Assembly (NCBI GenBank): GCA_965285935.1
Contig: OZ260664.1
Span: forward strand, 93,806,001-93,870,000
Direction of reading: 5' to 3'
Source: Ophelia neglecta
Taxonomy: Eukaryota
DNA: 64,000 nucleotides
The translations under genes were made by a program, and so were the position numbers. Below are positions 9,779 through 23,100 of the stretch, in pieces (the first letter of the stretch is position 1; each line of letters opens with the position of its first letter). The notes under the pieces are model-generated. The model was not told the DNA's origin. It saw only the letters and a list, made by a program, of their open reading frames with translations, and ran no database searches.

Positions 9779-12700
9779 TACTACCATATGATGAGCATGA
9801 TGCAGTCGCCGGCCCAAGCACCACCCTTCCCTCAGCAGTACCTGAGCACCCCTCCTCCTGGCTACGGTGGCGCCGCCCTGCTCCCCCCAGAGGTCTACAT
9901 CCCCACCACCCTCGAGGAGGAATACAACGGTCAGTGCTGTCACCCTAGTAACTCTCACCCTGGTAACCGCCGGCATGGTGATGACCTAGTTAAGGATCTA
10001 GATAAGGCATGTGGGGACTTCCCTATCGATGGCTGCATGTCGGGTTACAGCGCGGACCAAGACACTGTCTGTGCTACCAAACAACCAGACACTGTTAGTG
10101 ATAATGGTGGGGACCACCAAGCTGTGGCTGCTGCAAAAACACCACCAGTGTGTGAATCAAAGGCAGGCGATGTTCTCAAAGGCGACGATACCTACTTGGC
10201 CACTCTCCTTGGGGGTGGACCAGAGGCATGCAATGTTCACAAAGATACTACTAATGATATCAGCCAGTGCTCACCCTCAGTGAGTGAATCCAAGACAGGG
10301 GATATTCTGAAAGATACTACTAATGATATCAGCCAGTGCTCACCCTCAGGGAGTGAATCCAAGACTGTTGATGTTCTGAAAGATACTAACACTGATAACA
10401 GCCGGTCAGCACCTCACCATCAAGATACAGGTGAAATGCAGAGCACGCCCTCTGGTGGTGGTGAGGGAACAGCAGATGACTCGCACAAGGGTAGTGATTT
10501 TGACTGTGATGTGGTGGGTGTGTTTGTTGAAGATCCCTGTGAGCAGTTGGAGCCTGGTAGATCTGAGGGACATGAGAGTATGGGGGTGTTTACTGGTGAT
10601 CCCTGTGAGCAGTTTGAGCCTGGTAGATCTGAGAGAGTTGAGGGTAAGGCGGGGGTGTTTTCTGAAGATCCCTGTCGGCAGCTAGACCCTGGTAGATCTG
10701 AGACTGAGAATGGGAGCGTGGGGGTGTTTGAGGGCGATGCAGGGCGGGACAGCCGCAGTCAGGACAGTGGGTGTGGGTCAGACACCGGCAGTGGGGGCAG
10801 TGACAGCCCCCTGGGGTCAGTGGATAACCTGGACCAGGCTTCACACAGGTTCCACAAGGCTTTACAACTGTCCTCTCCAGCCACTTTCCAAGCCACCCTC
10901 CCAGTTCCAGAGCCAAACAACAGGCCAGAGACTGCCCCAAGTGACCCAGAGGAGGATACAGATCTGGCCAAGCTGATAGAGATGGAAAAACCATTCTTTA
11001 AGAAATTCCCTGACACTAAACCTGGAGGAACGTCAAAGATTGTGAGGCCTATGAAGGATATACCTCCCAGGTTCAAAAAGATGTTGGAAGCTGAAGCTAT
11101 TACCCACAATGCTGTGGAAAACAAGCACCTGTATGAAGGTATCCCATTGACCAGGATGCCAAGGGAACCGAAACGCACTCATCCCAGACCAGCAGCCGAC
11201 ACACCAGTCTCAGCTCCAATCGCTGCTCCAGCCTCCGAGAGTGGTGTTCACAAATTCAACCCAAACGCCAGTGTGTTCATCCCTAGCGAGGCCCATGGAG
11301 CAAACCCTACAAACACATCAGGGACGTCTGGACAAACGGAGGGAAGTGGCTATGCCAAGCCAGACCCACTCAACATTCCACAATCTGTAACATGTAGATC
11401 GTTTTTTAATAATTTAACATGTAGTTCAGCTTCTCAGCCGACTAGTAATTCTGTTTCATTTCCTTATGTGTGTAGTGCTCTGCCAGGCTCAGTGAGAGAC
11501 TCAGGGTCACAGCAGTCTGCTGGTCCAACTATTCCCCTGCCTCCAGGTCCTCAGCAGTGTGTGGGGCCTAGCATCTCCCTGCATTCGGGTCTTCAGCTGT
11601 CTGTGGGGCCAAGCATCTCCCTGCCTTCTGGCCCTCAGCAGTCCATGGGGCCTTCTCTCTCCCTGCCTGTGAGTAATTTGGGGTCTCAGCAGTCCATGGG
11701 GCCTTCTCTCTCCCTGCCTGTGAGTAACTTGGGGTCTCAGCAGTCCATGGGGCCTTCTCTCTCCCTGCCTGTGAGTAACTTGGGGTCTCAGCAGTCCATG
11801 GGGCCTTCCCTATCCATGCAAGTTAGTCCCTCAGGACCTCAGCAGTCCAATGGGTCTTGTTTGTCAATGCCTACAGGCCCGACACAGTCTGTTGGTCCTT
11901 CTATTCCCCTGCCTTCAGGACCTCAGCACTCCAATGGGTCTTCTATCTCCCTGACTGTGAGTAACTTAGGGCCTGAGCAGTCCAGTGGGCCTTGCTTTTC
12001 ACTGCCTGGCAGTAACTTGGGGCCTCAGCAGACCAGTGGGCCTTGCTTGTCGCTGCCTGGCAGTAACTTGGGGCCTCAGCAGTCCAGTGGGCCTTGCTTG
12101 TCGCTGCCTGGCAGTAACTTGGGGCCTCAGCACTCCAATGGGTCTTCTCTTTCCCTGCCTGTGAGTAACTTGGGGCCTCAGCAGTCCAGTGGGCCTTGCT
12201 TGTCACTGCCTGGCAGTAGCTTGGGGCCTCAGCAGTTCATGGGACCCTCTTTATCCATACCTGTCAATAATGTAGGGCCACAGCAAACCATCGTGTCTTC
12301 CTCAGCCCTGCCTGTTTGTTCCAACCCTAACTGTGTCTGTATTGCTCAGCCTCTGCTTACTAGCAGTTCGATTCCCCCGGCTAACATTTGTCACCCTGTT
12401 CCCCACTCCTGTAACACAGCCCCCTGCATGCCTATGGACCAATCGCAATTAATATATACTAGTAATCCAGCCCCCTGCATGCCTATAGACCAATCACAAA
12501 CAGTGTACCCCTGTAACTCTGCTCCTTGCATCCATTCTGACCAATCACAACCAGTATACACCATTCATGTAGTCAGCCCTAGTGCTTGTAGCTTTGACAC
12601 TAGTAGAAACTCTAATGCTTCTGTTTCTCCTGTTTCTCCTGCAGGCCAGTATTCCAGCACCGCAGCTTGTCAGCAGTATAGTGTACAGTATTTACAGCCT

Positions 12701-12802
12701 CCACCACCAGGGGGAACTACCATAGTCTACACAGGCAGCCCACCACACATGGCCATTGGACAAGTGGCACCTCCTAACACTCAGTATGTCTACTCCCAGT
12801 AG
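9779..12802 (+). CDS. Large terminal coding exon of host gene; low-complexity/disordered with KDIPPRF and PAM2-like motifs (possible OTUD4/ALG13/Otu-like RNA regulator)
   Basis: Strong acceptor (t)n-cag at 9778; 1007 open codons; KDIPPRFKK at 11054-11080; HKFNPNASVFIPS at 11249-11287; followed by an AT-rich 3' UTR with AATAAA near 14127. Confidence 0.85.
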   Translation, partial: YYHMMSMMQSPAQAPPFPQQYLSTPPPGYGGAALLPPEVYIPTTLEEEYNGQCCHPSNSHPGNRRHGDDLVKDLDKACGDFPIDGCMSGYSADQDTVCATKQPDTVSDNGGDHQAVAAAKTPPVCESKAGDVLKGDDTYLATLLGGGPEACNVHKDTTNDISQCSPSVSESKTGDILKDTTNDISQCSPSGSESKTVDVLKDTNTDNSRSAPHHQDTGEMQSTPSGGGEGTADDSHKGSDFDCDVVGVFVEDPCEQLEPGRSEGHESMGVFTGDPCEQFEPGRSERVEGKAGVFSEDPCRQLDPGRSETENGSVGVFEGDAGRDSRSQDSGCGSDTGSGGSDSPLGSVDNLDQASHRFHKALQLSSPATFQATLPVPEPNNRPETAPSDPEEDTDLAKLIEMEKPFFKKFPDTKPGGTSKIVRPMKDIPPRFKKMLEAEAITHNAVENKHLYEGIPLTRMPREPKRTHPRPAADTPVSAPIAAPASESGVHKFNPNASVFIPSEAHGANPTNTSGTSGQTEGSGYAKPDPLNIPQSVTCRSFFNNLTCSSASQPTSNSVSFPYVCSALPGSVRDSGSQQSAGPTIPLPPGPQQCVGPSISLHSGLQLSVGPSISLPSGPQQSMGPSLSLPVSNLGSQQSMGPSLSLPVSNLGSQQSMGPSLSLPVSNLGSQQSMGPSLSMQVSPSGPQQSNGSCLSMPTGPTQSVGPSIPLPSGPQHSNGSSISLTVSNLGPEQSSGPCFSLPGSNLGPQQTSGPCLSLPGSNLGPQQSSGPCLSLPGSNLGPQHSNGSSLSLPVSNLGPQQSSGPCLSLPGSSLGPQQFMGPSLSIPVNNVGPQQTIVSSSALPVCSNPNCVCIAQPLLTSSSIPPANICHPVPHSCNTAPCMPMDQSQLIYTSNPAPCMPIDQSQTVYPCNSAPCIHSDQSQPVYTIHVVSPSACSFDTSRNSNASVSPVSPAGQYSSTAACQQYSVQYLQPPPPGGTTIVYTGSPPHMAIGQVAPPNTQYVYSQ
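10240..10735 (+). repeat. Coding repeats: 23-aa KDTTNDISQCSPS..ESKT (x2+) and ~22-aa GVFxEDPCEQLEPGRSE (x3+)
   Basis: Visible in both DNA and translation. Confidence 0.85.
11500..12290 (+). repeat. Coding minisatellite, mostly 54-bp/18-aa unit SNLGPQQSSGPCLSLP(G/V)
   Basis: About 15 frame-preserving units of agtaacttggggcctcagcagtcca..gggcct; some units are shorter. Confidence 0.9.
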
Positions 12803-14552
12803 TATGGTGCCTTGAAAAGCTTTCTCTTTCTTAGCAGTACTACAGGGTTGCAGAGAAACTGGCTTTTTCTAGTTCCAGTGGTACTACTCAATGTTCAGAA
12901 AAAGCATCATATGTTTAATGTGCTTTAGGGTGATGGTGCTTATAAATCCTACTACCATTTATGTAATGATATTAGTATTTGAAACCTTAATGATTGATGT
13001 TGGCTTTTGAACACAAGTGCTAATCGTTATCATAGATGTTTAAATCCTTTTCTATCATAAGTAGTGTTTATCTGTTTTCTCTGCACTTAGTAGATCTTTT
13101 ATCTGTTTTTTCCCCTATTCTAGTTTATCTGTTCCGGATTCTACCATTTGTTAATCATTTCATAGCAGAAACCCTAATATTTTTGACATGGACATATTAA
13201 ACATAGTTTTTTGTGTGTATTCAATTGTGAGTAGACTTTAGCCAATATATAACTAGTATTTAGATCAGAAAATGTACATGAACATATCAAAAAATCTAGA
13301 GGATCTCATGTATTGCATTATATAGATGATCTCTGTGTATCGCCAGTGTGACTTCTTAGCTTACATTTTGTCACTTGTTGCACCTTATTGTACAAGGGTT
13401 TTTCCATTCAAATCTTAAACAGACATGAGGGACGGGCCTGAATTTATCCCACCCATGATTATGTGACACTGTTATCCCATCCCCCTCATCAAATGTATAA
13501 GAAAATTAAGTTTAGTGTCCACCTTACACCAATAGTAAAAAAATCAGGGCCCTCCCCCTATGTTTGGAATTGCAGCACTGCCCCTTAATTAAAAATAAAT
13601 ATGCCAACCCCCCCCAAAAGTGCTGAGAAAGATTGCCCCCCCCCCCTCCCAAATGTCCACAATAAATTCTATAAAAATGCTCCCCCCCCCCCCCCCTTCT
13701 GCATCAGCTGATCTAGCTTTGCTCATCATAACCATAATCATATTGGAAAGAAATAATTCCCCCTGTAATTGTGCAGGGCTTGAACCCCTACCTATCACCT
13801 TAATTTTTAATGGAAAAGCCCTGAGCATAGCGACACATTGCACCATAAGTTAAAAGTAGCCAAGTCCTGATTCAAAAGTATTTTATTCTTTATACTAATT
13901 CTAGTGGGTAAGTCAGACAGTTTTAACATTAAAATATTGTTTATGCATTTATTGGCTGTGCAGTTTAGATATTGTAATGATTCATGTACAACTTGTGCCA
14001 TTGTCCCGTTCTATTGATACATGTATAACCAATGTCGGTGTCTGTTTCTCTTCTACATGTTTAATGTTTGCCAATGTCTGTTTCATTTTAACCATGTTGG
14101 TATTCAGATGGCAAATATCTATCTCAAATAAACTGATTTGTTTGAAAGTACCTGTTGTCACCTCCTAACCGTAAGCACTCTGTGAAATATGGTCATTTTT
14201 AACACATTCCATTATCAAGACTCAATTGCATTTGGATGGCATTCACCATCACACTTTTATTCACACGCAGAGTATTTATACATAAATATATGTAACCAAT
14301 TATACCAGGTTTTAACATATTTTATGTATTTTAAACATAGTTTAACATTTGCCCCTGTATTTCATTGCTTAACATTTACCCTGGTATTTCATTATGTCAA
14401 GACCAATATGTTAAGATGAAATCACAAGAAGCAGTGGTCCCCTGGTCTTGTCAAGGTTCCTTTTCCTAGTGATCAAAATCTCATTTTACCTTTTCCCTAA
14501 CCACGGGATTTGCCTCTAGTAGAGATGTACCAAATGTTCAATAACTATCGCC

Positions 14553-14822
14553 CATGCTCTAATAATGTTTTTTGCTGTACGTACAGCCTATGCCCCAATA
14601 CTGTATTTGCTGTAACTACAGCCTATGCCCTAGTAGTGTATTTGCTCTAAAATATGGCCTATGGCCTCATACTGTTTTTGCTGTAACTACGGCCTATGCC
14701 TTAATACTGTATTTGCTGTAACTATGGGCGTAACTATGGCCTATGCCCTAATACTGTATTTGCTGTAACTATGGCCTATTACCAAATACTGTATTTGCTG
14801 TAACTTAGGCCTATGCCCTAAA
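14553..14822. repeat. 35-bp minisatellite, ~7 copies
   Basis: Unit tatgccctaatactgtatttgctgtaactayggcc. Confidence 0.9.
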
Positions 14823-16031
14823 AAGTGCCTATGTTTTTTGTGCCAAAGTAAGCATTTAAAACAATTTTAACTATTCAGTTTAGATTATCTTAAGATGGCA
14901 TTAGAGGGATGGCATGCTTATTAGGGTAATCTGTATCTCTAATTAATTCTTTAGCACCATCAAATACAACAAAAGTGCAATTTCCCAAATATCAATTAGG
15001 AAAAAGGTTAAGGTTATCCAGCAGAAAAAGTGTGAAGAGTGCTGTAAATATGAAATTTGTTTTGCAAATGGAAATTTTCATGAATGAAAAATTCAAGCTG
15101 ATACAAATATCAACTATACAACTTTATTTCAGGCACACCTTGATTTCAGCCATTGAAAATGTTAGTTCACAGCAGTACTTTTGTTTATAACCTCAAATAG
15201 CACAGCTATAGAAAGAAAATTGGGCCATTAGGGACAGAGAATGGAATACCCAATAGGATAGTGAGGGGGACCCTGCTAACATGTACAAGCATATCATTTA
15301 AATGTATGGAATTTGTCACAAAACTCCATACTCTCCCAGCTAAACAATCACAGTGACCATGGAACTGTGGCATAGGATATAGACATTTATATTTTTACAA
15401 AAGCCCATAATTTAGGGTACTTACCAATGTGAAAGAGGGTGTGCAGCCTGTATCTGAGAACTTAATGACACATTTGATATTGAAACTATGTGAACACCTC
15501 TGGATTCTTAGACTGAATATTGTGAAATCTTTAAAATTTTGACAATATTCAAGGTACCTCATAAATATTAATCACCCCTTGTCCACATTTATTGTAAAAC
15601 CAATTATTACATCATAAGTTGTACTAGTAAAAGGCTAGGTGTAGTTGTTATAGATGATAAGCTATAGAATAAGGGTATAATCAGTTCTATAAACTGTAAT
15701 CATGCGTCTTCTCTTATCAATAAGAAATTATTAACACTGTGTGTGATTGTGAAAAATTATAATTCTACCCAGCGTTCTTTCTGCACAGCTAGCTGTGGTG
15801 GCGCTACTATAGATAGTTGTATACTCATCCCTTATTGTGTATAGTAGTAGTATAATTGTTACCTGTTGTGTTGTTATTCCTGGTTTAACTTACATGTTTT
15901 ACATTTAAGAAGTTTTGTTAATGTTGATGTTTATGTAGGTAAAGATAGATCTTTATGTATAGTATATTTATATAACTTTGAGAAATCTAAATCTTAAGAA
16001 AATATCTAAAATCTTTACAATTTGTGTTATG

Positions 16032-16228
16032 TAAGGTACTACTCTGACCAGTGATGCGTACTACTGTGCCCATTGATACTTCACACAAGTTACTACTCTG
16101 CCCTTTATAACCCTAAGGTATTACGCTGGCCAGTGATACATACTACTGTGCCCATTCATACTTCTCACAAGTTACTACTATGTCCTGTAATAATAACCTC
16201 CGGGTACTAATCTGTCCAGTGATACCTA
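16032..16228. repeat. ~85-bp tandem repeat x2.3
   Basis: ggtactactctgaccagtgat...tactactgtgcccatt..tactt..cacaagttactact repeated. Confidence 0.7.
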
Positions 16229-17359
16229 TTGTATTATTTTATGCATCACTTGTTGGAGGATGTGCGATGTGTGTTTCTAACCAAGTGATGGCTGTAGGTC
16301 ACGGCCCCCAGAGAGGAGACACACATTCCACACCTTCACAGTGGAAATAGGCCAACCGTAATCACAACTTTTTCAATCTTTGATGCACCCAGAGTGATGT
16401 GGTGGAGTAGTACTATATTAGCTAACCTAAAATATTGTCTCAGTATCCATTAGCAAACTTGTATTTAATTTTCTCCCATAAATGATACATACTAAATTCT
16501 ATGTTATTATAAAGAAATTCTTCAGAACAATATTGTTTCTCATAAAGACAATTAAATACATTATGTGCCTTGTAAACTGGATTTTTCTCAGCAATAAAAT
16601 AACCATATATTTTTATTCATAATTCTCTGTTTTTGTTTTTAAAACAATTTGACGAAACTAATTCCTTGTCTTCATGGGGCTACTGTAAAACAATTATATA
16701 TTTCATGGCATTTAACTTTTGGCATTTCATAGACAAAATGATTGCTACGCATTTACAATTGGTTTAGACAGTGTTCATAATTATTGCTCGTCGTTTAATT
16801 TTTCGATTTTGACCATCCTTGTGAAATTTGAGGAATTAAGGCTGGTGAAATACGATGGTTTTATGGTATTCCATTTACACCAGGCAGGTTGGAAGAAACA
16901 ATTATTTATGAATAAGTGATAGGGGTTAAAGTGTTCTGATTGGGGGTGGGGTTGGGGATAGGGGTGTAAAACCTGTGCCTGAGAGGGACATCAAAATACT
17001 AGTTCTTAATGTTCGTGGGGTTTAAATAAGCGGTTTGTTGCAAATATCATAGTCAATTGTTCATAGAGAGACTACATATCTCACCACAAAGTTTATAAAA
17101 CCTGGAGTTAAACTTTTTGCAAAAGCACACATTTAATTGTAAAAGTAAAAGACTAAGGTATGTGAAAAAGTTCAAAATGAATAGATAGCTGGTCCATAGA
17201 AGGAAATCCCCTCTGCTTGGTAACATACCTATATTCCGTAGGTCCTTTAGTCCAAAGGTCCCTTAGTCCGAAGAGTCAGAAGTTTCGCTAGTCCGAAGGT
17301 TCGTTTATCAGAGTATTATAAATTTTATTAAGGGAGCTAGGCCCCTATATTGAACAAGA

Positions 17360-18035
17360 TAGTAGTCTATGTGGATCGAAGTCAATTTGATCAGTCAAGC
17401 AACGCCTAGCGGCATCGCCTGGATCCCTCCGCCAAGATGTTTATTAGCGGATGAAAGATTCAGGGGAAAATTGGTCAGAAGCAGATGTAGTGCTGAAAAG
17501 ACTTTAGAGACTTCGCACGACATACAAACCTTACCTGATGAATCGTGGCAGCCATCTTGATTTTCCGATCGGTCCGAAAACAATATGAACAAAAATAAAC
17601 CGAATGTGAAATTCAACAAGCCCACTGGATTCCTTGTAAATGATTTCCTATTAGTGTTCAAGACATATTATGCGCCTATCTCACACCGTTAAGCTTCCAA
17701 AAGATTCCATGTTAATGCATTTCTAAATTATTGCCCTCGGCGGCCATCATGTTTGTCCGATCTTGCCCAAAACCTTTTCAGCACACCGCAATGTCCAATA
17801 GATGACTTCCATGTAGTTTCGGAAAAATCCTTTCATCCGTACGAGAGATTTCGCGCGACATACAAACCTTACCTGATGAATCGTAGCGGCCATCTTGTTT
17901 TTCCGATCGGTCCAAAAACAATATGAACAAAAATAAACCCAAGGTGAAATTCAAGGACAACACTAGATTCCTTGTGTATGATTTCCTATTAGGTCTAGTG
18001 TTTAAAACATTTCATATGCCTATCTCTCTCCCTTA
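17360..18035 (-). mobile_element. Truncated Helentron/HINE-like element with ~340-bp tandem units
   Basis: Repeated cgacatacaaaccttacctgatgaatcgt.gc.gccatcttg.ttttccgatcggtcc units; degenerate ACTAG and hairpin at the left end. Confidence 0.55.
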
Positions 18036-20138
18036 AGGATTGGGTTTTTTAAAGCTACCTAAGTATTTTCCTTAAGGGGACACTTAAGGGGAATGTTTCA
18101 CTGAGGTAAGTGACCACACGTAAGTGCGTTTTTTAAAATGATTTAAGGGGTCCACTTAACTGAGGGAGACTTTCCAACACTTAAGTGAGGTTGCTAGGCT
18201 ATCAGCGGCCAATAGGTGTCACTGCAGGCTATTGCAGTACTGCAAAAGTAGTATCATGCAAGTTTCACTGCGCGGAGTGCTCTGAGGCTATACTTTACTA
18301 ATACATTTGCCACTGATGGCCATTATAACATATGAATTTTTTAAGCATGTTACTTGAACTCTGATAATCTGAGGCAACCCTGACAACATACTTCGGCCAT
18401 CTGGTTTAAATCCATGTATTTGCCACACACTATTTTTACAGTTTAATAACAGTAAATAACATAGGTTGACATATTAAGGGGGTCTAATCGACTCAAATCT
18501 TCGAATTTCAAGTTAAACAATTTTTTTCAATGTATAATATTATTATGAATAAAACTGTTCAATTAAGAGGCTAAATAGACTTTTATTTATACAAATAGTG
18601 ATGGTTAAATTTTCCATTTTTGACCCCAAATATGTTAATTAATGCAATTCCAATTAAATTTGATTCCTATAAACTTTAATATAGATTTGGAAAATTGAAA
18701 CTTAATAAAAAAAAACACCTGTATTTAGACTATGGAGCTTCCTTAAAGCAATCAAGAAAAAGTAGAAACAGTCTTACATTGTAGCCCAATAATTTTTAAA
18801 AAAATCAAGTAAGAACATAAATAACAATTTTATATGTTTCATAAACCTTTTATTATTAACATATTTGACAAACATTATACATAATAATTATGGCATATGA
18901 GTATTTTACAAAACCTGCATTTACGATACATTTCCCTATTTCCAAAAGTGATTTTATAAATAAATTCAAATGAGATTCAAAGATGACACATTCATTTCTA
19001 TTATAATACAAGCACACACATTCATTGTCTCCATGATTTTACTTGCACATTTTTAGAGTCACTGCCTCATTTGACAAAGTTCATTCACTTATTGGACACA
19101 CGTACAGCAAAACCAGGCTCTCTTTGGTACTGATGAGAGGTTGGCACAAGGCTGGTGATACCATTGTAGGCAACACTCACACACAATTGCCTTAAACAGG
19201 TCCAGGTCCTACCCTGGATGCATTAAGACGCAGCGTAGCTAAGGCACTTGCAATTGCTATCCAGGCATCCTTGGTAAAGTAACGACGGACTATATTCACA
19301 TCGACAGTGGGGTCAAGCAATTGAAGTGGGAGTTTGGGGGCAAAGTTGTCTTGCGATGATGGGATAAGCGAGTCTATGTTGTCCACACCAGTGAGACACT
19401 TGATTACCATTTTGCATTGAGCAGGTTTTGATAGGTTTGAGAATGGGATTGGTCCACTAGCTTGTCTATTTCTTTTCTTGGGTATTCCTATCACTGTTGT
19501 ATCAGAGCCTTTGGGACGACCACGTTTCAGATGGAGAGAAGGCAAGCTAATTGATGACAGTGGCAGTGAGGAGGCAGGCTCTGACATGTCAACAGTGTCT
19601 AAGAGCCCAACCTCAGGGGGACCGACAGGGGCCACCTCAGTGTCTGAGTGGCCAAGCTCAGGGTGGATGGCTGGAGTTGGAATGTCCTTTGGGCATGTGT
19701 CAGGGGCAGACAGTTCTGTCAAAAAAACCAACTCTTCACATCCTAATCCATCAGAGTGAGTCCCTGCAATGTCAGGTAAGCATACAATCCTCCGGGCAGA
19801 GATGGGTGGATCAGGGATATTTTCATTTTCTTCCATTGTGACCTTTACTGGTGAAACATGGCCACCCCTCGACCAAATGTCAGCAATCTCTTTCAGGACA
19901 TCAAGATATTCCCTGAACTCTCGGGTAGGAACCTTAGCTAGTAGTTTTGCAAGGCGGTTGGTGACATGACTGGCTTCTCCAAACTTTTGTTGCTCCGACA
20001 TCACACGCTTGGTTCGTGGAGTTACTCCGAGGCTCACTATTGATGGGGGGTTTGGGGCTGATTCTGTGAAGACACAGTGGTGGGCAGAGTAGTAGGAACG
20101 TGTCCACCTGGTGGAACAAAGGGAAGGATCATATAGGT

Positions 20139-23100
20139 GTGAAAGCGCCAGTTGTGGCGGCTGTGGATGTTTGTGTCTTGGGATGTTTTTCGCTTGTTGG
20201 ATGTTTTTTTCTCCATCGGGATGTTTGTCAGTTGTATGACTAGTGAGTGAATAGAGGAGCTACTTGGTGGTGTACTTTTCTTCGTAAAAACTGCAAGGAA
20301 TTTGATAATATTCTGGAAATATTATACATCATTTGGCCCTGTCCTCTTTGTGTCAGGAGGTTGTCATGCTTGGATTGTACTTAGTGTCAATTTTAACAAT
20401 GTGTTTTGGAGCCAATATACAAACTGTGAATGCAGGCTTCCATGGCCAGACTATTAGACAAAATTGCCAATCAGGCATTATAACTGTCAGTAATCATTCA
20501 CAATACAGGGGAACCAGAGGAGGCTCATGGAGAGCCAAACACTGTATTCTAAATACAACTGGACTGTTGGATACAATCCCAACAATAATCAGCAATAGGA
20601 GGGCTGTTTCAAGGTGTGAAAGCAGCCAGTCTGGATGTAACCAAACTATCTTGGTCTCAGTTCCAATGACAAATCAGTCTAGGAATAAAACTTTGACCTG
20701 TGCTAACTCACAACAAACAGCTTCTGGGCCACTGAATGTTTGTTGCATCAATGTCAGATCTGTGAAAAACAAGACCCTTTCTGTGTCAGACTATATTACA
20801 ACAAATAGTATAGACGTACTAGCCCTTACAGAAACCTGGCTTGGCACAACTGTGGACACAGTAATTATTGGTGAGCTGGTCCCAAATGGCTATGACATTC
20901 TGCATGCTCCACGACCAGATGGAAGGATAGGAGGTGGTGTTGCACTCATTTATAAAAAAGAGATATCAATAAAATTAGTTAACTCTACTGCAGATAAAAT
21001 GTTTACACACTTTGAACATATAAATTGTGTGGTGAGCCAGAAGAACAGTCGTGTGCATCTTTGTGTCATTTATAGACCTCCACCATCAAGGGCTAATGGG
21101 CTCAAAACTTCAATATTTTTTGATGAGTGGTCATCCTTCCTTGAGCAAATTCACGAGGTTGTCCCTGACATAGTTATAATGGAGGACTTGAACTTTCATT
21201 TAAATAAAGAGAGTGATCATGACTGTAGAAGACTGCTGTCGCTACTGGACTCCCACAATTTGGTCCAACATGTCAGTAAGGCCACACACATCAAAGGGCA
21301 CGTGCTTGATGTGGTAATCACTCGTGAAGATAGTCACATTTTGGAGGCTGAACCAGTTGTGCAGAAAACATGCATAGGGACGGACAATGGTACCACACTA
21401 CTGGACCATTTTGCTGTTTTTGTTAACTTGAATATTGAAAAGCCAAGAGCAGCAAAAAAAAGTGTGTCTTATCGGAAGCTGAAATCTCTGTCAATTAGCG
21501 ATTTCAAGCAGGACATAGTAGGGTGTGAAAAACTGCAACCAGTTGGTATTTCAGTGGATGATTTGACGGAACACTACAACTCTGGGCTGCAATGTATTTT
21601 GGATAGGCATGCCCCAGTCATTGCGAAAACTTTCACAGTCAGGCCTCATAGCCCATGGTACACCGACGACTTGCGTGAAACTAAGCGTGAACGCAGGAGG
21701 GCTGAAAGAGCTTGGAGAAAGTCTGGCCTGCAGGTGCATGCTCAGATTTTCAGTGACATAAGTGCAAAAGCCAACTACCTCTTAGACAGGGCCAAGCAGG
21801 ACTATCTGCGTGACAAGGTGGATCAGGCCTCCGGCAACAGCAAGGAACTTTTTAAGGTGACAAGAGAGCTGGCGGGTGACAAGGGTGACATTATATTGCC
21901 TAGTCATAGCTCATCGGAACACCTTGCAGAAAGATTTAGTGATTTCTTTTTGACCAAGATTGTCACTATCAGAAATAAACTTGGTCACTCAAACTCCCAG
22001 AGAAATTTTTTGCCATCTGAATATGAAACTGTTTTTGATGGCTTGCCTCTGGTTTGCTTGGACCCAGCAACACCAGAGAAAATACAAAAACTAATTATGA
22101 AATCACCAAATAAAGCATGTGAGGCAGACCCTATACCCACTTGGATAGTGAAGGACTGTGTAGGAGAGCTTGCTCCAATGATCACCGAAATAATAAATAG
22201 ATCTTTGTCATCGAGTCATGTCCCAGCTTCTTTCAAAAGAGCTATAGTGCGCCCCCTCCTTAAGAAGTCTGGAATGGACAAGGAGCTACTTAAAAACTAC
22301 AGGCCAGTGTCAAATCTGCCTTTCATCTCCAAAATACTGGAGAAAGTCGTGGCGAAGCGCATAGATCACCACATCACTAGTAACTCACTGGCTGACAACT
22401 TGCAGTCAGCATACAGGAGTGGCCACTCCACAGAGACTGCTCTTCTTAGGGTGCAGGCAGACATAGCCTCGGCCCTTGACCAAGGGTCAGTAGCAGTGCT
22501 AATCATGTTGGATTTATCTGCTGCTTTTGACACTCTGGACCATAAAATAATGTTACAGAGGCTAGATAACATGTATGGCATTCGGGGTGCTGCTTTATCA
22601 TGGATAGCATCCTACCTTGAGAAGCGCAACCAGTGTGTGACTATCAATGGAACAGAATCTAGGGAGAAAAGCTTTTGTTTTGCAGTACCCCAGGGATCAG
22701 TGCTCGGTCCCAAGCTGTACACCCTTTACTGCAAACCTGTTGGTGCTATCATCAAAGACCACAACATGAACTACCATAGTTATGCAGATGATACCCAAAT
22801 CTACCTTGTCCTAAAATCCAGGTCGGAGGTTTTGAAGAGTGTTAATGAGATTGAGCAGTGTGTTGCTGAAATACAGGCATGGATGGAAGTCAACATGCTT
22901 AAACTGAACCAGGACAAGACTGAAATAATGTTCTTCTCCCCTAAACAAAACAAGATTAGGCGTTTCATGTCGGAGGATGTGTGTAAGACACTTGTTCAAG
23001 CGTTGGTGATTTCCCGGCTGGACTATGGCAATATTTTGTTGGTCGGCTTGTCAAAGTGTCTCCTCCAGCAGCTCCAAAGCGTGATGAACTTTGCTGCGCG

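Noticed and set aside
9788-12802. Standalone 1004-aa single-exon gene starting at ATG 9788
   Set aside because: A strong acceptor 10 nt upstream and an in-frame upstream exon show it is a terminal exon.
13428-13821. Poly-C-rich MITE(s) in the 3' UTR (similar stretches at 1312-1623, 2990-3280, 18479-18742)
   Set aside because: TIRs are too degenerate to fix boundaries or family by eye.
14553-14822. CRISPR-like 35-bp periodicity
   Set aside because: No unique spacers, no cas genes, eukaryotic context; it is a minisatellite.
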